This document shows, one piece after another, positions 1 to 12,434 of a DNA stretch of 64,000 nt. Within the stretch, counting starts at the first letter, position 1; each line of letters begins with the position of its first letter. The translations under genes were made by a program, and so were the position numbers. Source of the DNA: Podarcis filfolensis (taxonomy: Eukaryota); the NCBI GenBank assembly GCA_964270895.1, contig OZ185442.1; one strand, written 5' to 3'. The notes below the pieces were generated by a model. That model saw only the letters and a program-made list of their open reading frames with translations. It had not been told where the DNA came from and did not search any database.

Positions 1-1044
1 CTGCGGATCCCTTTAACAGGATACCCTTAATGAGGAGAGGCAGGCAGAGGCTACAACCTCTCCTCCATCCAAACAAAGGCTTACCCAATGCCTAACCTCA
101 CAAAGTTGTGATGATTGCCACAAGGTAGGCGAAAACCAACTTGCCAAGTTGAAAAAAATCCTATACAGCCCCAACAATATGGCGGCCGACATTTGTCCAT
201 AACAAGGTCGTGTCAGAGCAAAGCATGAAAAGAGGGCGGGTGGGTCGGGAGATCTGGTAAAAAGGTGAGGGGGGCGGCCGTGCCACGTTTTAATTTCCCA
301 CGACCACGTCCCTCTATCGGCACTGATTGGCCAGCGGGGCCACAATGGGCCAGTGACACGGCCGGATCGGCACAAGGGGGCATCGACTCCCCGTCCTCAT
401 GCCGGATCACTGCAGGGGCCCCGATGCCTGGCCACAATACTGCCCACTGAAAAAGGTGAGTGGACTTAGTAAACAGTGGACAGTTTTCCAGAAAAACTGC
501 AAGCCATTTGCATGAGCATTAAGCCTTGCAGCCTTATGGGGGGTGATTTCTTGACAGCTCAATTCTGTATGCTTGAAAAGTCACCACACACCAAAAACCA
601 CAGATAAAAATAAAACAGAGCGAGGCTCGTGTAATACCGGACATTTCAAAGACAGACGTTCTGTGTTCTGTTACTGTAACCACAAATGCACAGCTCTGCT
701 TTACTCCGGCAAAGGGCAAATGCGGAGAGTTGTTGCTCTGTATCCTTGACATCTGGGGCTTTGCAAACCGAGCACTGGGGTGTGGGTGCTGAGGCTGAGC
801 TGACAATAAAAGGTGCTGTAAAAGCTTTCTCACAGCACCTTTGACACTGGGATTTGATACGAATGGAGACTTCGCGGAATGCAAGACACATAGTAATGTG
901 GTGTGGTTTTCAAAGAAAGCTGCATCAGTCAAGGGAGTGGGGGACGCCATCAGAGGAAAAAAGCACCTTGATGAATTTCTTTTACTTGTGTGTAAATCAA
1001 ATCCTGATGTGCAGCAAGCTCCATCTCCCATTCTCTCAAAGAGA

Positions 1045-1230
1045 AGCTCCCTTGTACTTTGGGGGTACAGAACCTGCTTTGCATACAGAAGGTCACAGGT
1101 TCAATCTCTGACATCTCCAAGTAGGACTGGAAATGTAATTTCTGAAACCCTGGAGAGCCTCTGCCAATCAGTGTAGACAACACTGAGCTAGATGGACTCA
1201 GCATAAGGCAGTTTCTCCTATGTTCCTATG
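1045..1230 (+). mobile_element. tRNA-derived squamate SINE (Squam3-like); other copies about 4880-5050(-), 6890-7010(-), 10583-10772(+), 24712-24870(+), 34900-35345(+), 50865-51305(+ x2), 59945-60095(-)
   Basis: Shared body ...gcatgcagaaggtcccaggttcaatccc...ctgaaaccctggagagccgctgccagtcagtgtagacaa...tataaggcagcttcctatg recurs across the window. Confidence 0.8.
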
Positions 1231-2614
1231 CATGGTTCTTGGATATTACCTAGACAGAATGACTGGTGAATGACCAGCTGTCATGGCAACTGCAGGACAT
1301 TACACATAAGGACTGGTGGTTAATGTGTGTTCAAGGGGGAGCAAGATCATGCACGCTAGCTGCACCACATGCATGCATTCATAACTTCCAAGAGAGCCTA
1401 CATGTGAACAGACTCTGCATGCAACTGGGAACCAGTAAATAGACACAGTCTGCATCCTTGCATGCAAACAGTTCATGCACATGCAGATTCTACTGCAGGT
1501 TATGGCGTACATGCAAAGGGGGCCGCAGCGGACACAATCCTGCGGTGCATTCAACTCACAATCAGTCTTTTACTTCAGTTTCAAAGTGGTTTGCAACTTT
1601 TGAATTCAGGTAGATAATATTTCTGTCTGCAAATCTCTACGATGAAGATGATTAAGTAACTATAGAATCAGGAGAAGAAATTGGTTTATTAGGAAATTTA
1701 CATCTCCGTTTTCTTTATAAAATAAATATAATGTAGTTTTAAAACACAAAAAATGTTTTCACACTGTATTTCCTCCCAAAATTCATTTTCTCCTCAAGAA
1801 CAGCCCCTCAGTTTGTTCAAAACATATAGATATTTGGGGCTTGCTGTACAATAGATATGAAGAAACTTTGTATGTGTCTTTAAACAAATCATCTCTTGCC
1901 TGTGGTCTGAAGCAGAATCTACTGTGAGCTACACCATGAGATCCTGCTTGGTTCCGTTACACTTACATTTCTGTTCTTCCTCTGGAACAATGCGGTAGAC
2001 CTTATATGGCTCTGAGATGTCCAGTTGTGACCTGTCCGTCACTTCCTCAAAGTCGGGGCTCTTATTCAAGGCACAGCGTAACCTTGTCTTCCATGTGGCT
2101 GGTTCAGCTTTATCACCTTCCTTGAATTTCCCTTTGAAGACTGCCCAAGCCTAGAGGATAAGCAGGAAAGTTTCTCACAAAGAGGTACCACTGCTTTCTG
2201 AGGTTCCAAATGGAGGGGGGAAAAATCAGTGGACTTTCACTGAGAACAATCTCTAAGCAAGACCATCCCTGCCATTCAAGAGCTTCAATGGGCATTCCAG
2301 TCTTATTAAATGTGATTCCCGTTCCAGTTCATGTCTTCTCTATGCTTCCCCTCATCAGTCAAAATCTACATCACAGTCTCACTATTTTAAAAGTTCAAAT
2401 GGGTATCCTATATGAATTGTATGGGTATTTTTCCTTCTATTGTATGCAAAGCTGTACTGTATTGTATTGCTTTTTTCTCTCACTAGGTGTCGCTACAGGA
2501 TGATTTGCACAGCTAACAGATTGAGTACCATGCAGCACATAAATACACAAAAAATACGTTCCTTTTTCAAACTTATTCTTTCACACATTCTCTATGTAAA
2601 AGCTACTCCAGCTG

Positions 2615-2935
2615 CATGAGATGAGCTTTGGAGGCCTTACTCATGTTTCTGCATTTTAAGATCAGTTAGGCTGGCAGGCACTACAGATAGGGCCTTCTCA
2701 GTGGAGTTCCCTTCTGAGATGTATATGACTGGCTCCTTTGGTTCAAGAAAGTTTGTTCTTACTGAATTTTATTATTTTGAGCATTTTTTAAACTGGCTAT
2801 TTCATTGTGATTCAAACTGTACATTTTAATATTTGTTTTAAATAAAACAGAGTATATTCATAGTAATGTAAACTGCCTTGGGAAAGCTATAGTTTGAAGG
2901 GAAGCGTAAAAATAATTATCTGAAATAAACGAAGC
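2615..2935 (+). mobile_element. L2 LINE 3' fragment, degenerate
   Basis: 'agggccttctcagtgg' end-of-ORF motif, T-rich 3' UTR and 'gtaaactgccttggga...gaagcgta-aaaataa' L2-type tail. Confidence 0.55.
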
Positions 2936-3019
2936 TTCAGTAAAGTGTAGTAAGAAGCCGTTTTTATCAGGTGGTTTTTAAGAGAGACTACAGAAACTAC
3001 TGGGAATAAGCCACGGAAG

Positions 3020-3835
3020 GGCAACCAAAGTGACCAAGAGGCTTGGACAACTTCAAAATGTTAGTTTTTAGTTCATAATAAGGGTGGGACATGATATAAG
3101 TACATAGAATTATGCATGCTTTGGAGAAAGTGTTTCCCTCTCTCATAACATTAGAACCCAGAGTCATCCATGAAGCTGAATACAGGAAGACAACAGGAAG
3201 GACTTCTTCACATATGACACAATTTGCTCCCACTAAAGGTAGTGATGACCACCACCTTGGATGGCTTTAAAGGAGGATTTGACCAACTGACGAAGGATAA
3301 AGTTATCCATGGCTACTGGCCATGATGGCTATCTAGTCCAAACCCTGCAATGCAGGAATCTCAACTAATGCATCTATGACAGGTGGCCATCTAACCTCTG
3401 CTTAAAAGCCTCCAATGAAGTAGAGCCCACCACCACCTTCTGAGAAAGTCCTTTCCACTGTCAAATATATCTTACCATCAGAAAGTTCTCCCTGCAGTTT
3501 AGTGGGAATCTCCTGTCTTATAACTCGAGGCCATTGGTTTGAGTCCTACCCTCTGGAGCAGGAGAAAACTAGATTGCTCCATCTTCCATGTGAAAGCCCT
3601 TTAGATATTTGAAAATGGCTATCATACCCTCAGGATTCCTTCCAACTCTACAATCCTATGAGTTCCTGTCAGAAGCACCACGTTTCTGAGTAACAGTTGC
3701 TGGGAATCACAAGTGGGGAAAGCGCTGTTGTACTTGCGGGCTTCCCAGAGGCAAACGGTTTGCCCTGTGAGAACAGGATGCTAGACTGAATGGGCCTATG
3801 GTCTGATCCAACTGAGATCTTCTTATGTTCTTCAT
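3020..3835. mobile_element. Cluster of CR1 LINE 3' fragments in both orientations just downstream of IRF8 coding exon 1
   Basis: CR1 3' motifs 'ttggatggctttaaaggaggatt', 'tctagtccaaaccctgcaatgcagga', 'ggtctgatccaa...cttatgttctt'. Confidence 0.7.
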
Positions 3836-4008
3836 ATAGAGGACAAGCCCATGCGGACTCCAGAAGACTTACAGAAACCTCAAGAGTTGTGACTTGAAAA
3901 GTTGTTGTTCGCTTTTATAAAGGTATAGAAAGTATCAACTACTAAGGAACTCAGGAAAATAAACAGATTTGACATTTGCAACATTGATGTAAGGCATATT
4001 CTTCAGAC

Positions 4009-4182
4009 CTTGAATATGGATGCATCCACCTCCTGGTTGTAATCCTGCTTCCCTGCGTGTTTCCATGGGATACGGAACATGGTTTTCTCATCATTCTCCC
4101 AGATCAGGCCAGAATACATCCCACTATCAATTTGTTCAATCAGCCATTGCCTGAGCCGTCTTCCACCGTTTCGATCGCACAT
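4009..4182 (-). CDS. IRF8: Interferon regulatory factor 8, first coding exon (N-terminal IRF DNA-binding domain); gene continues left of the window
   Basis: Translates MCDRNGGRRLRQWLIEQIDSGMYSGLIWENDEKTMFRIPWKHAGKQDYNQEVDASIFK, the IRF8 N-terminus with tryptophan repeats. Acceptor CAG|G-ATG (AG 4185-4184), donor AAG|GT (4008-4007), 174 nt. Confidence 0.97.
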
Positions 4183-5689
4183 CCTGAATGGAAGCATTTG
4201 AATAGCTTTTATTAGGAACCTCTCCAGTCAATTAGTCAATCTAACCATCGGCTGCATCTGCCACCTATGGAAATCCAACATGGCCAGGCACCAACATGGT
4301 TCAGCACACACACCCCATCCCATCCTATGAACGTTTACTCAGAAGTAAGCCTGAATGATTTCAGTAGAGCTTTTCTTCAGATAAGAGTGCATAGGATCAT
4401 GTCCTAAAACAGTGGTGCAGTCGCAAGTCTGAGAACAAAGAAGGTAAGAGACTGAGGAAGTAATCAGGTTGCAAACCGGAGAATGAAAGGGAGAGTCTGG
4501 GGGCTGTAACACAATGCTAGCTTAATGTAAAGCACAAGTAATTAAAATAATGCTGGATTTGCTCATTTAAATGTTGATTCTGCCCTTCCTAGAGACTCTG
4601 AGCAGAGTGACAATATTTTAAACAGGAAAACAGTGTGAAGCAAACAATTGTAAAATTTAAGACAAAGACATTACACTCCCCCCCCCAAAAAAAAAATCTT
4701 GTTCAGCCCAAGTTGAGTTTGGCCATACTTAGTAAACATGAGATCTAAATCCCCACTAGTTTATCAGAAGGCACCAAATTCAAGCTCTGAATAGGTCTTC
4801 ATTAGAACAATGTTCATCTACAGATATCAAACAACTGATATCTACACCCATCCTTACTTGTGGTACGTGGATAGGAGCAAGGGAAGCTGCCTTATGCTGT
4901 GTAGCTCAGTATTGCTTGTTCAACACTGACTGGCAGCAGCAACAGGAGTCTTCCCCATTCCCAATCCTACCTGGAGATGCTGGGGACTGAACCTGAGACC
5001 TTCTGCATGCAAAGAAGATGCTCTGCCACTAAGCTATTTCCCCACCCCTTGGCACACAGATTCCCAAGGAGGAAACAGTGTTAATTTGCAGCAAAATGGA
5101 CTAAGGCAAGGCTAGTCAACATGGCACTCTCCTGATATTGTTAGACTCCAACTCCCATCAGCTCCAGCCATTACAGCCAATGGTCAGAAATGATGGGAGT
5201 TGGAGTCCAACAACATCTGGAGGCACCACATCGGCTATTCTTCAACTAACATTTGATGGGCCAACCTGGATCAGAAGAATGTCCCCTTTAATCCGGCAAT
5301 ATGTTTCCAACACTAGTCAGTCCGTAAACTCAACATGCAGGACATTAAAGGAGACAGAATAATAAATGTAATAAACTGCTTTGGGCCAAAAGTCAGAGAC
5401 ATGATGTTGCCCTTTAAGGACCAAAGGAGCTAAACCTTCAGAAGATCTCCTATGCTTTCAAAAATAGCTTAAAAGTGGGAGGGGTGCAAAATCGAGGCCA
5501 CTATGCTGCATGAAGACATTCAATTCTTTCCTCATGTCAAGTTCCTGACCTAAATTGCTCGTCCACCCAAAGAAGCCACCTGATGCCCCATGGTGGGAAA
5601 CATACAGTACAGTACACACAAACAGAGAGAACCAGGAACAAAAAAAGACAGCTGGAATTTGATAAGACTCTTCATCCAAGGAAATCATA

Positions 5690-6050
5690 AAATCAGGGGA
5701 TTTTAGAGGTAGAAGGCCCCTGAAGGTCATCAAGTCCAATCCACAGCTCAGTGTAATAATCTACAGCATTCCTGAAAGATGCCCATCCAGCCTCTGCTTA
5801 AATACCTGCAGCAAAAGAGGCAGCATTTTCCACTATTGAAAAGATCTTACTGTTAGAAAATTTCTTCTAGCTGAACCTGCTTGCCTACCATTTCCACCCA
5901 TGGGATCTAGAACAGGTTTGTTCCATCTTCTGTAGTCAACTGTCAGCTCTCCCCTTAGCTTACCTCCTCCAGGTAACATGGCCAACTCTTTCAACCATCC
6001 CTCACAGGGTTTGCGGTCCAAACCCCATCACCATCCTAGTGGACGTGCTC
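5690..6050 (-). mobile_element. CR1 LINE 3' fragment
   Basis: 'gaaggcccctgaaggtcatcaagtccaa...ccagcctctgcttaaatacc...cttactgttagaaaatttctt', reverse CR1 end. Confidence 0.7.
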
Positions 6051-8599
6051 TAGCCCAGGGGGCAAACTATATTGTGGACTCCAACTCCCATAATCCCTAA
6101 CCACTGCCCATGCTGTTTGGGGCTGATGGGAGTTGTAGTCCTCAGTAACTGGAAGGCAGCTCATTGGCTGTCCCTGCTCTAGCATTTGGGATGGCTAGAC
6201 CTTAGGAACTGTTCCAAGTAGTGTGCAGTTGTTTTGTAATCTAGAAGAAATTAAACCTTTCCCTTGATAAATAATTTACACAAAAATGATTTGAGACCAA
6301 ATCTCCAGCTAATTTATTATAATTGGAAACAGGCCGCATACAGAGCTAGATACATAGAAGGGCAGACCAGTAGAATCTGAGCACTAAAAAGAGAGGTGAA
6401 AAAGTCAAGCAATGCAAGTTCCAATTAGCAAAGCTGTGTCACGGAGACGCCCCCAGATGACTGTCTTGTCAGAAGGGAACTCACTTAATTGTGCAATGTA
6501 ATCCTATGCTTACCTACTCAGTTTAATGAGATTTACTCCCAAGTAAGTATGCATAGCATTGCAGAGTTAGAAGGGACCGCAAGGATCATCTAGTCCACCC
6601 CTCTGCAATGCAGGATCTTTTGCCAATGGCCCTGATATTACGTAAGTCTTACACTCCACCAGTTGAGCTACTCTTCCTGTAAATACACAGGTTTGCAGCT
6701 GTAATCTTGAGTTATTTGCAACAGATGAGAAACACGAAGGCCGAAGGCTAGTGTCTGTAAACAAGGATTCCATTTCAAGTCATTCTTTGCATTTTTTTAA
6801 TGCAAGCCACTCGGAAACCTTTTAGGTAACAAGCGACTAATAAATCATGAATGTATTATTCTAATTATTATTAATTTTCTAGCCTTCTAGCTCACTACTG
6901 TCTACACTAACCGGCCACAGCTCTACAGACTCTAGGGTTTCAAGCAGGGAATCTTTCCTAGCCCTACCTGGAGATGGAAGGGGTTGAAGATGGAACCTTC
7001 TGCATGCATACTAGTACCTACACCACTTGTCTGAACTTGAAGGGCTTATCTTCTGCAATTACTGCCTGCTTCACATAGCCACACTTAAATGTAAACCAAG
7101 ATACCATACTGAAAATTCATTTTAGAATCTGAAATTTTGAATGTTTCTTCCAGAAAAGAAGTAGTAGATATACTAAGTCAAATGAAGAGGAATTACTCTG
7201 TATGATCATTTTGCTTTTAAACCAGCTAAGAAGAACTACTATAATCATTGTATTACTCATTGTACATGTTACTGGACAATCTTTTATATAGGCATGTTTT
7301 AGTAGATGAAGCATGTTACACTTTTTAGAATTCTTATTTGTCTATTTTCCCCCATTTTATACAGTCCAAGGCTACTTGTGCACTCCTTTGCACACTTGCA
7401 TGGGAATCAGAAGCCCATACAGTGGGTTCAAGAATCGGCTTAATACAGAAAAGGGGTGTCCCAAGTTTATTTACTTGTTTTATTTAACAAGATTTATATA
7501 CTGCTTCATCTGGGAAACCTCTAAGTACTTTACATAAAATAATATAAAATATTCATAAGAATATACTGATAAAATCAATGGACCTTAAAAAAATAAATAG
7601 ACATAATAATCAAAATGTTGATAAAACCAACAGTTTTAAAAACATACATGATAAAATTACATGTCTGAGTAGGCTTACATACAAGGTTTTTTAGCAGGCA
7701 TCAGAAAAAGTACAGCAAAGGCGACTTCCTAATATTGATAGGAATCAAGTTATTTGTGATGTGTTTTGCATAGGGTTAGCAAGGTGTGAATCTGTTCTGA
7801 ATTTCCAGTACAGAACATGGTGGTTTTTTAAAACCCATGACACAATTTCTATTAAATTCCACTCACTCAAAACACAATGGTACAATATAAACACACAACA
7901 CAGAGAGGTGAGAGACTTACAATCCTATGCATCCTTTCTCAGAAGCAACAACACAATGCTAAGTAAGTTTACTCAGGAGTAAGTCCAATGACATTTACTG
8001 CCCGGAGAGTGGCTTCAGCCAACTGACTTTATTCTGTCCTGAGACTTTTCTCTCAATCTAGATAGCAGTCAACAAAACTCCACAAAGTTCTCATACATAG
8101 ATTTATTGAAGATCAAAAGGCACATGTAGAAATATGTACTCACATTCCAATAGGCTGTTCTTTGACTTGCTACCAAATAAACGTGCGTTGAATTAAAGAA
8201 TACATATTATTCAGAGCTAGATTATTAATGTTATTAATAGCAATAAGGATAATAAGGATAATTCAATTCTAAGTTGGTAAGAATAAGAAATATGAAAAAA
8301 TTAGGGAAGCATGCAAAAATAAACCCGTTTCACAAGGAGGCAAATATTTATTATGATTATTTCATTTATATCCCGCCCTTCCTCCCGAAAAAGCTCAGGG
8401 CGGCAAACGGATCCACAGTTTAAGAACAAAAATCTTCAGGTCTGGCAAGGTCTAATAGCTAAGCAAAATTTTGTGCCCCTTATTAGTAGTCTGGAAGCCC
8501 CCAGGCTAAATTGCTATTTTCGCTTTGCAAGAAAAAAAAGTTAGCCGGCAACTCCAGCAAAAGGAAAGTACTGTACGCCTGGACACACAGAGCACTAAC

Positions 8600-8665
8600 C
8601 TCCACATCTGTGCCGGTTGCTGATCTTAATCTACGCTAGATACCAGGTCATGGAAGATGAAACAG
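8600..8665 (-). other. IRF8: Putative IRF8 exon 1 (5' UTR); TSS approximate
   Basis: Donor GAG|GTTAGT (GT 8599-8598) downstream of a TATA-like AT tract (8681-8700), CCAAT boxes and a GAS element at the expected spacing. Confidence 0.6.
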
Positions 8666-8679
8666 AAGCTCGCCCTGCC

Positions 8680-9414
8680 AATATATATGTATATCTATTT
8701 CTATTAGAGCCTGGAGGATATGCAGTTTCCTCCCTCCGGAGGGGGGTGTCTCTGAACCAATGGGAAGAAAGAAGGAGGCGGGCTGGCCAATCAGGAGAGG
8801 CCAGTACAGCGTTCCTTCTTCTCACTACATTCTTTTCCGAGAAATCGGCAGTCTCGCTCGCTCTCTCTCTCGGGAGTCCGTTCGAGAGTACCAGTCCAAA
8901 GTTCCATCCCCGCGTCAACATTCGACTCCCAAGTCAACGTTCCATTGTCCCCCTGTCCTTTCACTTTCTTTGCTCCGCCCGCGCGCCTCTTAATTCTGAC
9001 TCCTCTAAAAATCCCCCTGCGCCCACGTGTCGAAAGTTTGGGGGCAGGCTGGATTTCCTGACCGCCTGTGCGCACTCTTTAGTTTTCCTAGTCCCGTGTT
9101 TGTTTGTTTGTTTGATTGTTCGTTTGCTGTTTGCTTTTAAAGATTTTGATAGTGGCATCCCTAGCCCCCGCCTCCGCGCTCACCTTTGTTTCTGCAGCCT
9201 TCTCATTAATTTAAAATGATAGTATTTTTTAGAAAGCGGTTGGAATGATTCGATGCATAATCTAGTTAGATTCTAGCAGCTGCTGAGCCTTGATGAAGGA
9301 CTAACTTGCCAAGAGAGGCAAGGGGAGGTTTTGGCTGAGCCTTTAGGAGGTGGAGAGGGGGAATTTCCATAGGAAGGCCAAGTTTTCTTTGGAAGCTGGA
9401 GTCTGGGAAATCCC
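8680..9414 (-). promoter_or_regulatory. IRF8: IRF8 CpG-rich promoter with GAS, CCAAT, ISRE-like and NF-kB sites
   Basis: GAS TTTCTCGGAAA (minus, 8834-8844); CCAAT 8757-8761 and 8787-8791; GC box about 8777-8783; GAAAGTGAAAG (minus, 8958-8968); E-box CACGTG 9024-9029; kB sites GGGAATTTCC 9359-9368 and GGGAAATCCC 9405-9414. Confidence 0.85.
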
Positions 9415-9427
9415 GAGCATCTGATGG

Positions 9428-9673
9428 AAGAAGAAGAAGAGTTTGGACTTGATATCCCGCTTTATCACTACCCTAAGGAGTCTCAAAGTGGCTAACATTC
9501 TCCTTTTCCTTTCTCCCCCACAACAAACACTCTGTGAGGTGAGTGGGGCTGAGAGACTTCAAAGAAGTGTGACTGGCCCAAGGTCACCCAGCAGCTGCAT
9601 GTGGAGGAGCGGAGATGCGAACCCGGTTCCCCAGATTACGAGACTACCGCTCTTAACCACTACACCACACTGG
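9428..9673 (-). mobile_element. Young tRNA/CORE-type SINE (Squam2-like), full length; near-identical copy at 27062-27314(-); older relatives at about 38255-38480, 40612-40840, 46715-46935
   Basis: Minus strand reads ccagtgtggtgtagtggttaagagcggtag...ggtgaccttggg...gagactcc...aaactcttcttc; the two copies align along their length. Confidence 0.85.
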
Positions 9674-11588
9674 CACCCAGGGATGGGTAGGCAAACCTGC
9701 CTGATAAGACACAGTTTTTATCAAACTGTGTGAGGCACACAGACACCCCCAAAAGACCCAGGGCCTGAGGTGCTACTTAAAACACCTGTGCCTGCAGCCC
9801 TTCAAGGTCTGAAGCAAAGAGCTTTTCCATCACCAACTACTTGATCCCTGGAGATGCCATAACCTGTATCAGGAGTCTGCTGCATGGCCTCCCCAACCAC
9901 CCACATAACACACTGTGTTACACAGATGTGAGATTCATTACTTTTTGGGTTCCTGGGCCAAAGCTCGAGTCTGTTAGAATCAGAGCTGGCCCAACCACTA
10001 GGCACTATATATCCTATGGGCCCCTTCCAGCATGTCAGGATCCCAGGTATTGCTCTGCAACCCGTAGTTGGAATGAGAAAGTCCCTGCCAAAGGAAAAGT
10101 CTGGCTTCTGGATCAGGCCAAAGAACCATCTAGACCAGCATCCTGTTCTCACAGTGGCCAACCAAATGCCTATGGAAAGCAGCCCAATAGCAGAACTTTA
10201 CAAGCTGGGCTCAGCCTGCTGCAAGCTGCAGTAGTGGTGAGACATCAGCCATCTTAAATTTTCCAATAAGATCTCTTTACATTTATGCAAATTTGTGGCC
10301 TGGGCCCATGCTCCGGGTCCTCTACATACCTATTAATGCCCTTACATGGCTGGATCTGATCAAAGTCCACCCAGCATCCCACTTCCAACAGTTGCCAACC
10401 CATCCATAACCAGGTGGCATGAAGGTTGTTGCTCTCCAGCAACTGGTGCTCTGGAGCCTCTGACTCTGGAGTTTTTGTATGACCATCTTGACTAATAGTC
10501 ACTGATGGATCTCTTACTATGTGAATTTATATAATATGCCTTCTGAAGGCATATAGGAGAAAATAAACTTGACAATGCCAAGGGAAGGACAGTAGTTCAG
10601 TGGTAGAACACAGGCTTTCCATGCAGAAGGTTCCAGGTTCAATCCCCAGCATCTCTAGGCTGGACTGGGAATGTCTCCTGCCTGAAGCTCTAGACATCCA
10701 CTGCCAGTCAGTGTAGACAAAACTGAGCTCAACAAACCAATGGTCTGCCTCAGTATAAGGCTGCTTTCTATGTGCTTAGTGCAGGAGTTGACATCTGTAA
10801 CACTAATGAAATGCCTCACCATCTGTTGAGTAACAGGATATCTAATAATAGGGCCACCTTTATATTCAGAGGCACAGGAGTATCTTCATAAGGATCTGAG
10901 AAAGCTCGTCCATGTGCAGTCTTGACTCTTTAATCATCATTACTTAATCCATTGTCAGGCTCGGTTCTTTTCATGTGTATGGTGACACCTACTGTCTGCA
11001 ACCAGATAAGAGGGTTATTCCAAAGTATGTTGCTGGGGAAAGCAAATCTTCACAAAGAAGTGAAGTTAGTCCAAGTCATCGTGGCTTCAGCAAAACTCTC
11101 TCCTTATTTCCTGGAAGTTGATTCATCACAACATGTTTTCCTCCCACTTCCTGGAAACCAAAAGGCTCGGTTACTGTGATCACTGACACGACAATGATTA
11201 TAAAGTCCTAATGGCAGGGGTAAGTAATGTGGTCCCCTGTAGCTGTTATTGGACTGTATCTCCCATCAGACCAAGCCAACATGGTCAGTGGCCAGAGATC
11301 ATGAGAGCTGGTGTCTAACAACATCTGGAGATCCACCAGTTCCACATTCTTGTCTTGCTGATTTCCATAGAGACTGTCCAAATAAATGTTTTTAGGATCA
11401 TGACCTTAGAAAGATTGTTATTACAACCTTGGAGCAGACAGCATTTTGCATTGTTTTGTAACAGGAAAGCTGTTGTTAAACCATGCCCATGTTCTTTGAT
11501 TTTCCATGGAAAAGAGGAACACACTCAGATTTTATTTTTTATTTATTTTGATTTTTGATTTATTCAAATGTTATAGGAATTCTAAGGT

Positions 11589-11590
<2 letters not shown>

Positions 11591-11635
<45 letters not shown>
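11591..11635. repeat. (TG)n microsatellite
   Basis: About 22 perfect TG units. Confidence 0.98.
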
Positions 11636-11638
<3 letters not shown>

Positions 11639-11652
11639 GTACAAGGCAAACA

Positions 11653-11885
11653 CAGTGGTACTTTGGCTTAAGAACTTAATTCATTCTGGAGGTCTGTTCT
11701 TAACCTGAAACTGTTCTTAACCTGAGGTACCACTTTACCTAATGGGGCCTCCCGCACTGCCGTCATGCGATTTCTGTTCTCATCCTGAAGCAAAGTTCTT
11801 AACCCAAGGTACTTTTTCTGGGTTAGCGGAGTCTGTAACCTGAAGCGTTTGCAACCTGAAGCATCTGTAACCCGAGGTACCACTG
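11653..11885. mobile_element. Tc1/mariner-pogo-type MITE
   Basis: TIR CAGTGGTAC...GTACCACTG; right flank TA, left flank CA (decayed TA). Confidence 0.85.
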
Positions 11886-12301
11886 TATTTACTGCCTCAA
11901 AATTCCTTTTTGAGGAATTTTCCGGCCAGGCTACCCATTCTGGCCAGGCTACCCAGAAAAGGCAATCAGACAAGGCATTATCAGGTATCCTGGCAGACAG
12001 GAGAGAAGCAACACACTCAAATTTCTGCTGGGGACCACCTCTTTCTGCGATGTATGTATGATGTTTTGGGCAGTGGTCTTGAGCTACAGGGTAGGCAATT
12101 TCAAAAATCTTTATAAGAGCTTGCACAGCAATGTTCTGGGTTCCTTTCTTCCCTCCCTGCATGGGGGGAGTGGGAGACCCTGTTGCAACCGTTTAATAAA
12201 GATCATGCTTACTAGCTGCTTTGCTTCTCAGTATTCTCTGGTTGGCCCGTTATTTTTTCCTACCGATAGAGAACCTACATAAGGATTCTATATGGGCTCT
12301 T

Positions 12302-12434
12302 GTTGTTGTTGTTGTTTAGTCGTTTAGTCGTGTCCAACTCTTCGTGACCCCTTGGACCAGAGCACGCCAGGCACTCCTGTCTTCCACTGCCTCCCGCAAT
12401 TTGGTCAAACTCATGTTGGTAGCTTTGAGAACAC
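12302..12434 (-). mobile_element. BovB (RTE) LINE 3' terminal fragment, 5'-truncated
   Basis: gtttagtcgtttagtcgtgtccaactcttcgtgacccc...agcacgccagg...aaactcatgt is the reverse complement of the BovB 3' end; (caa)n tail; 8-bp TSD GGGCTCTT at 12294-12301 and 12435-12442. Confidence 0.85.

Noticed and set aside
8617-9219. 200-aa plus-strand ORF, the longest in the track
   Set aside because: It overlaps the GC-rich IRF8 promoter, has low-complexity composition and no recognisable domain; stop-poor by chance.
9443-9733. Similar peptides at 9443..9733 and 26955..27392 suggesting a duplicated gene
   Set aside because: Both are translations of the same SINE family on its antisense strand.
10583-10660. 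tRNA-like heads (A and B boxes) as tRNA genes
   Set aside because: They continue into SINE bodies and do not form a complete cloverleaf.
11896-11955. Short hairpin (cctcaaaa/ttttgagg) and 18-bp direct repeat; similar micro-duplications at about 45121-45146 and 51585-51625
   Set aside because: Ordinary slippage-type micro-duplications with no supporting context.
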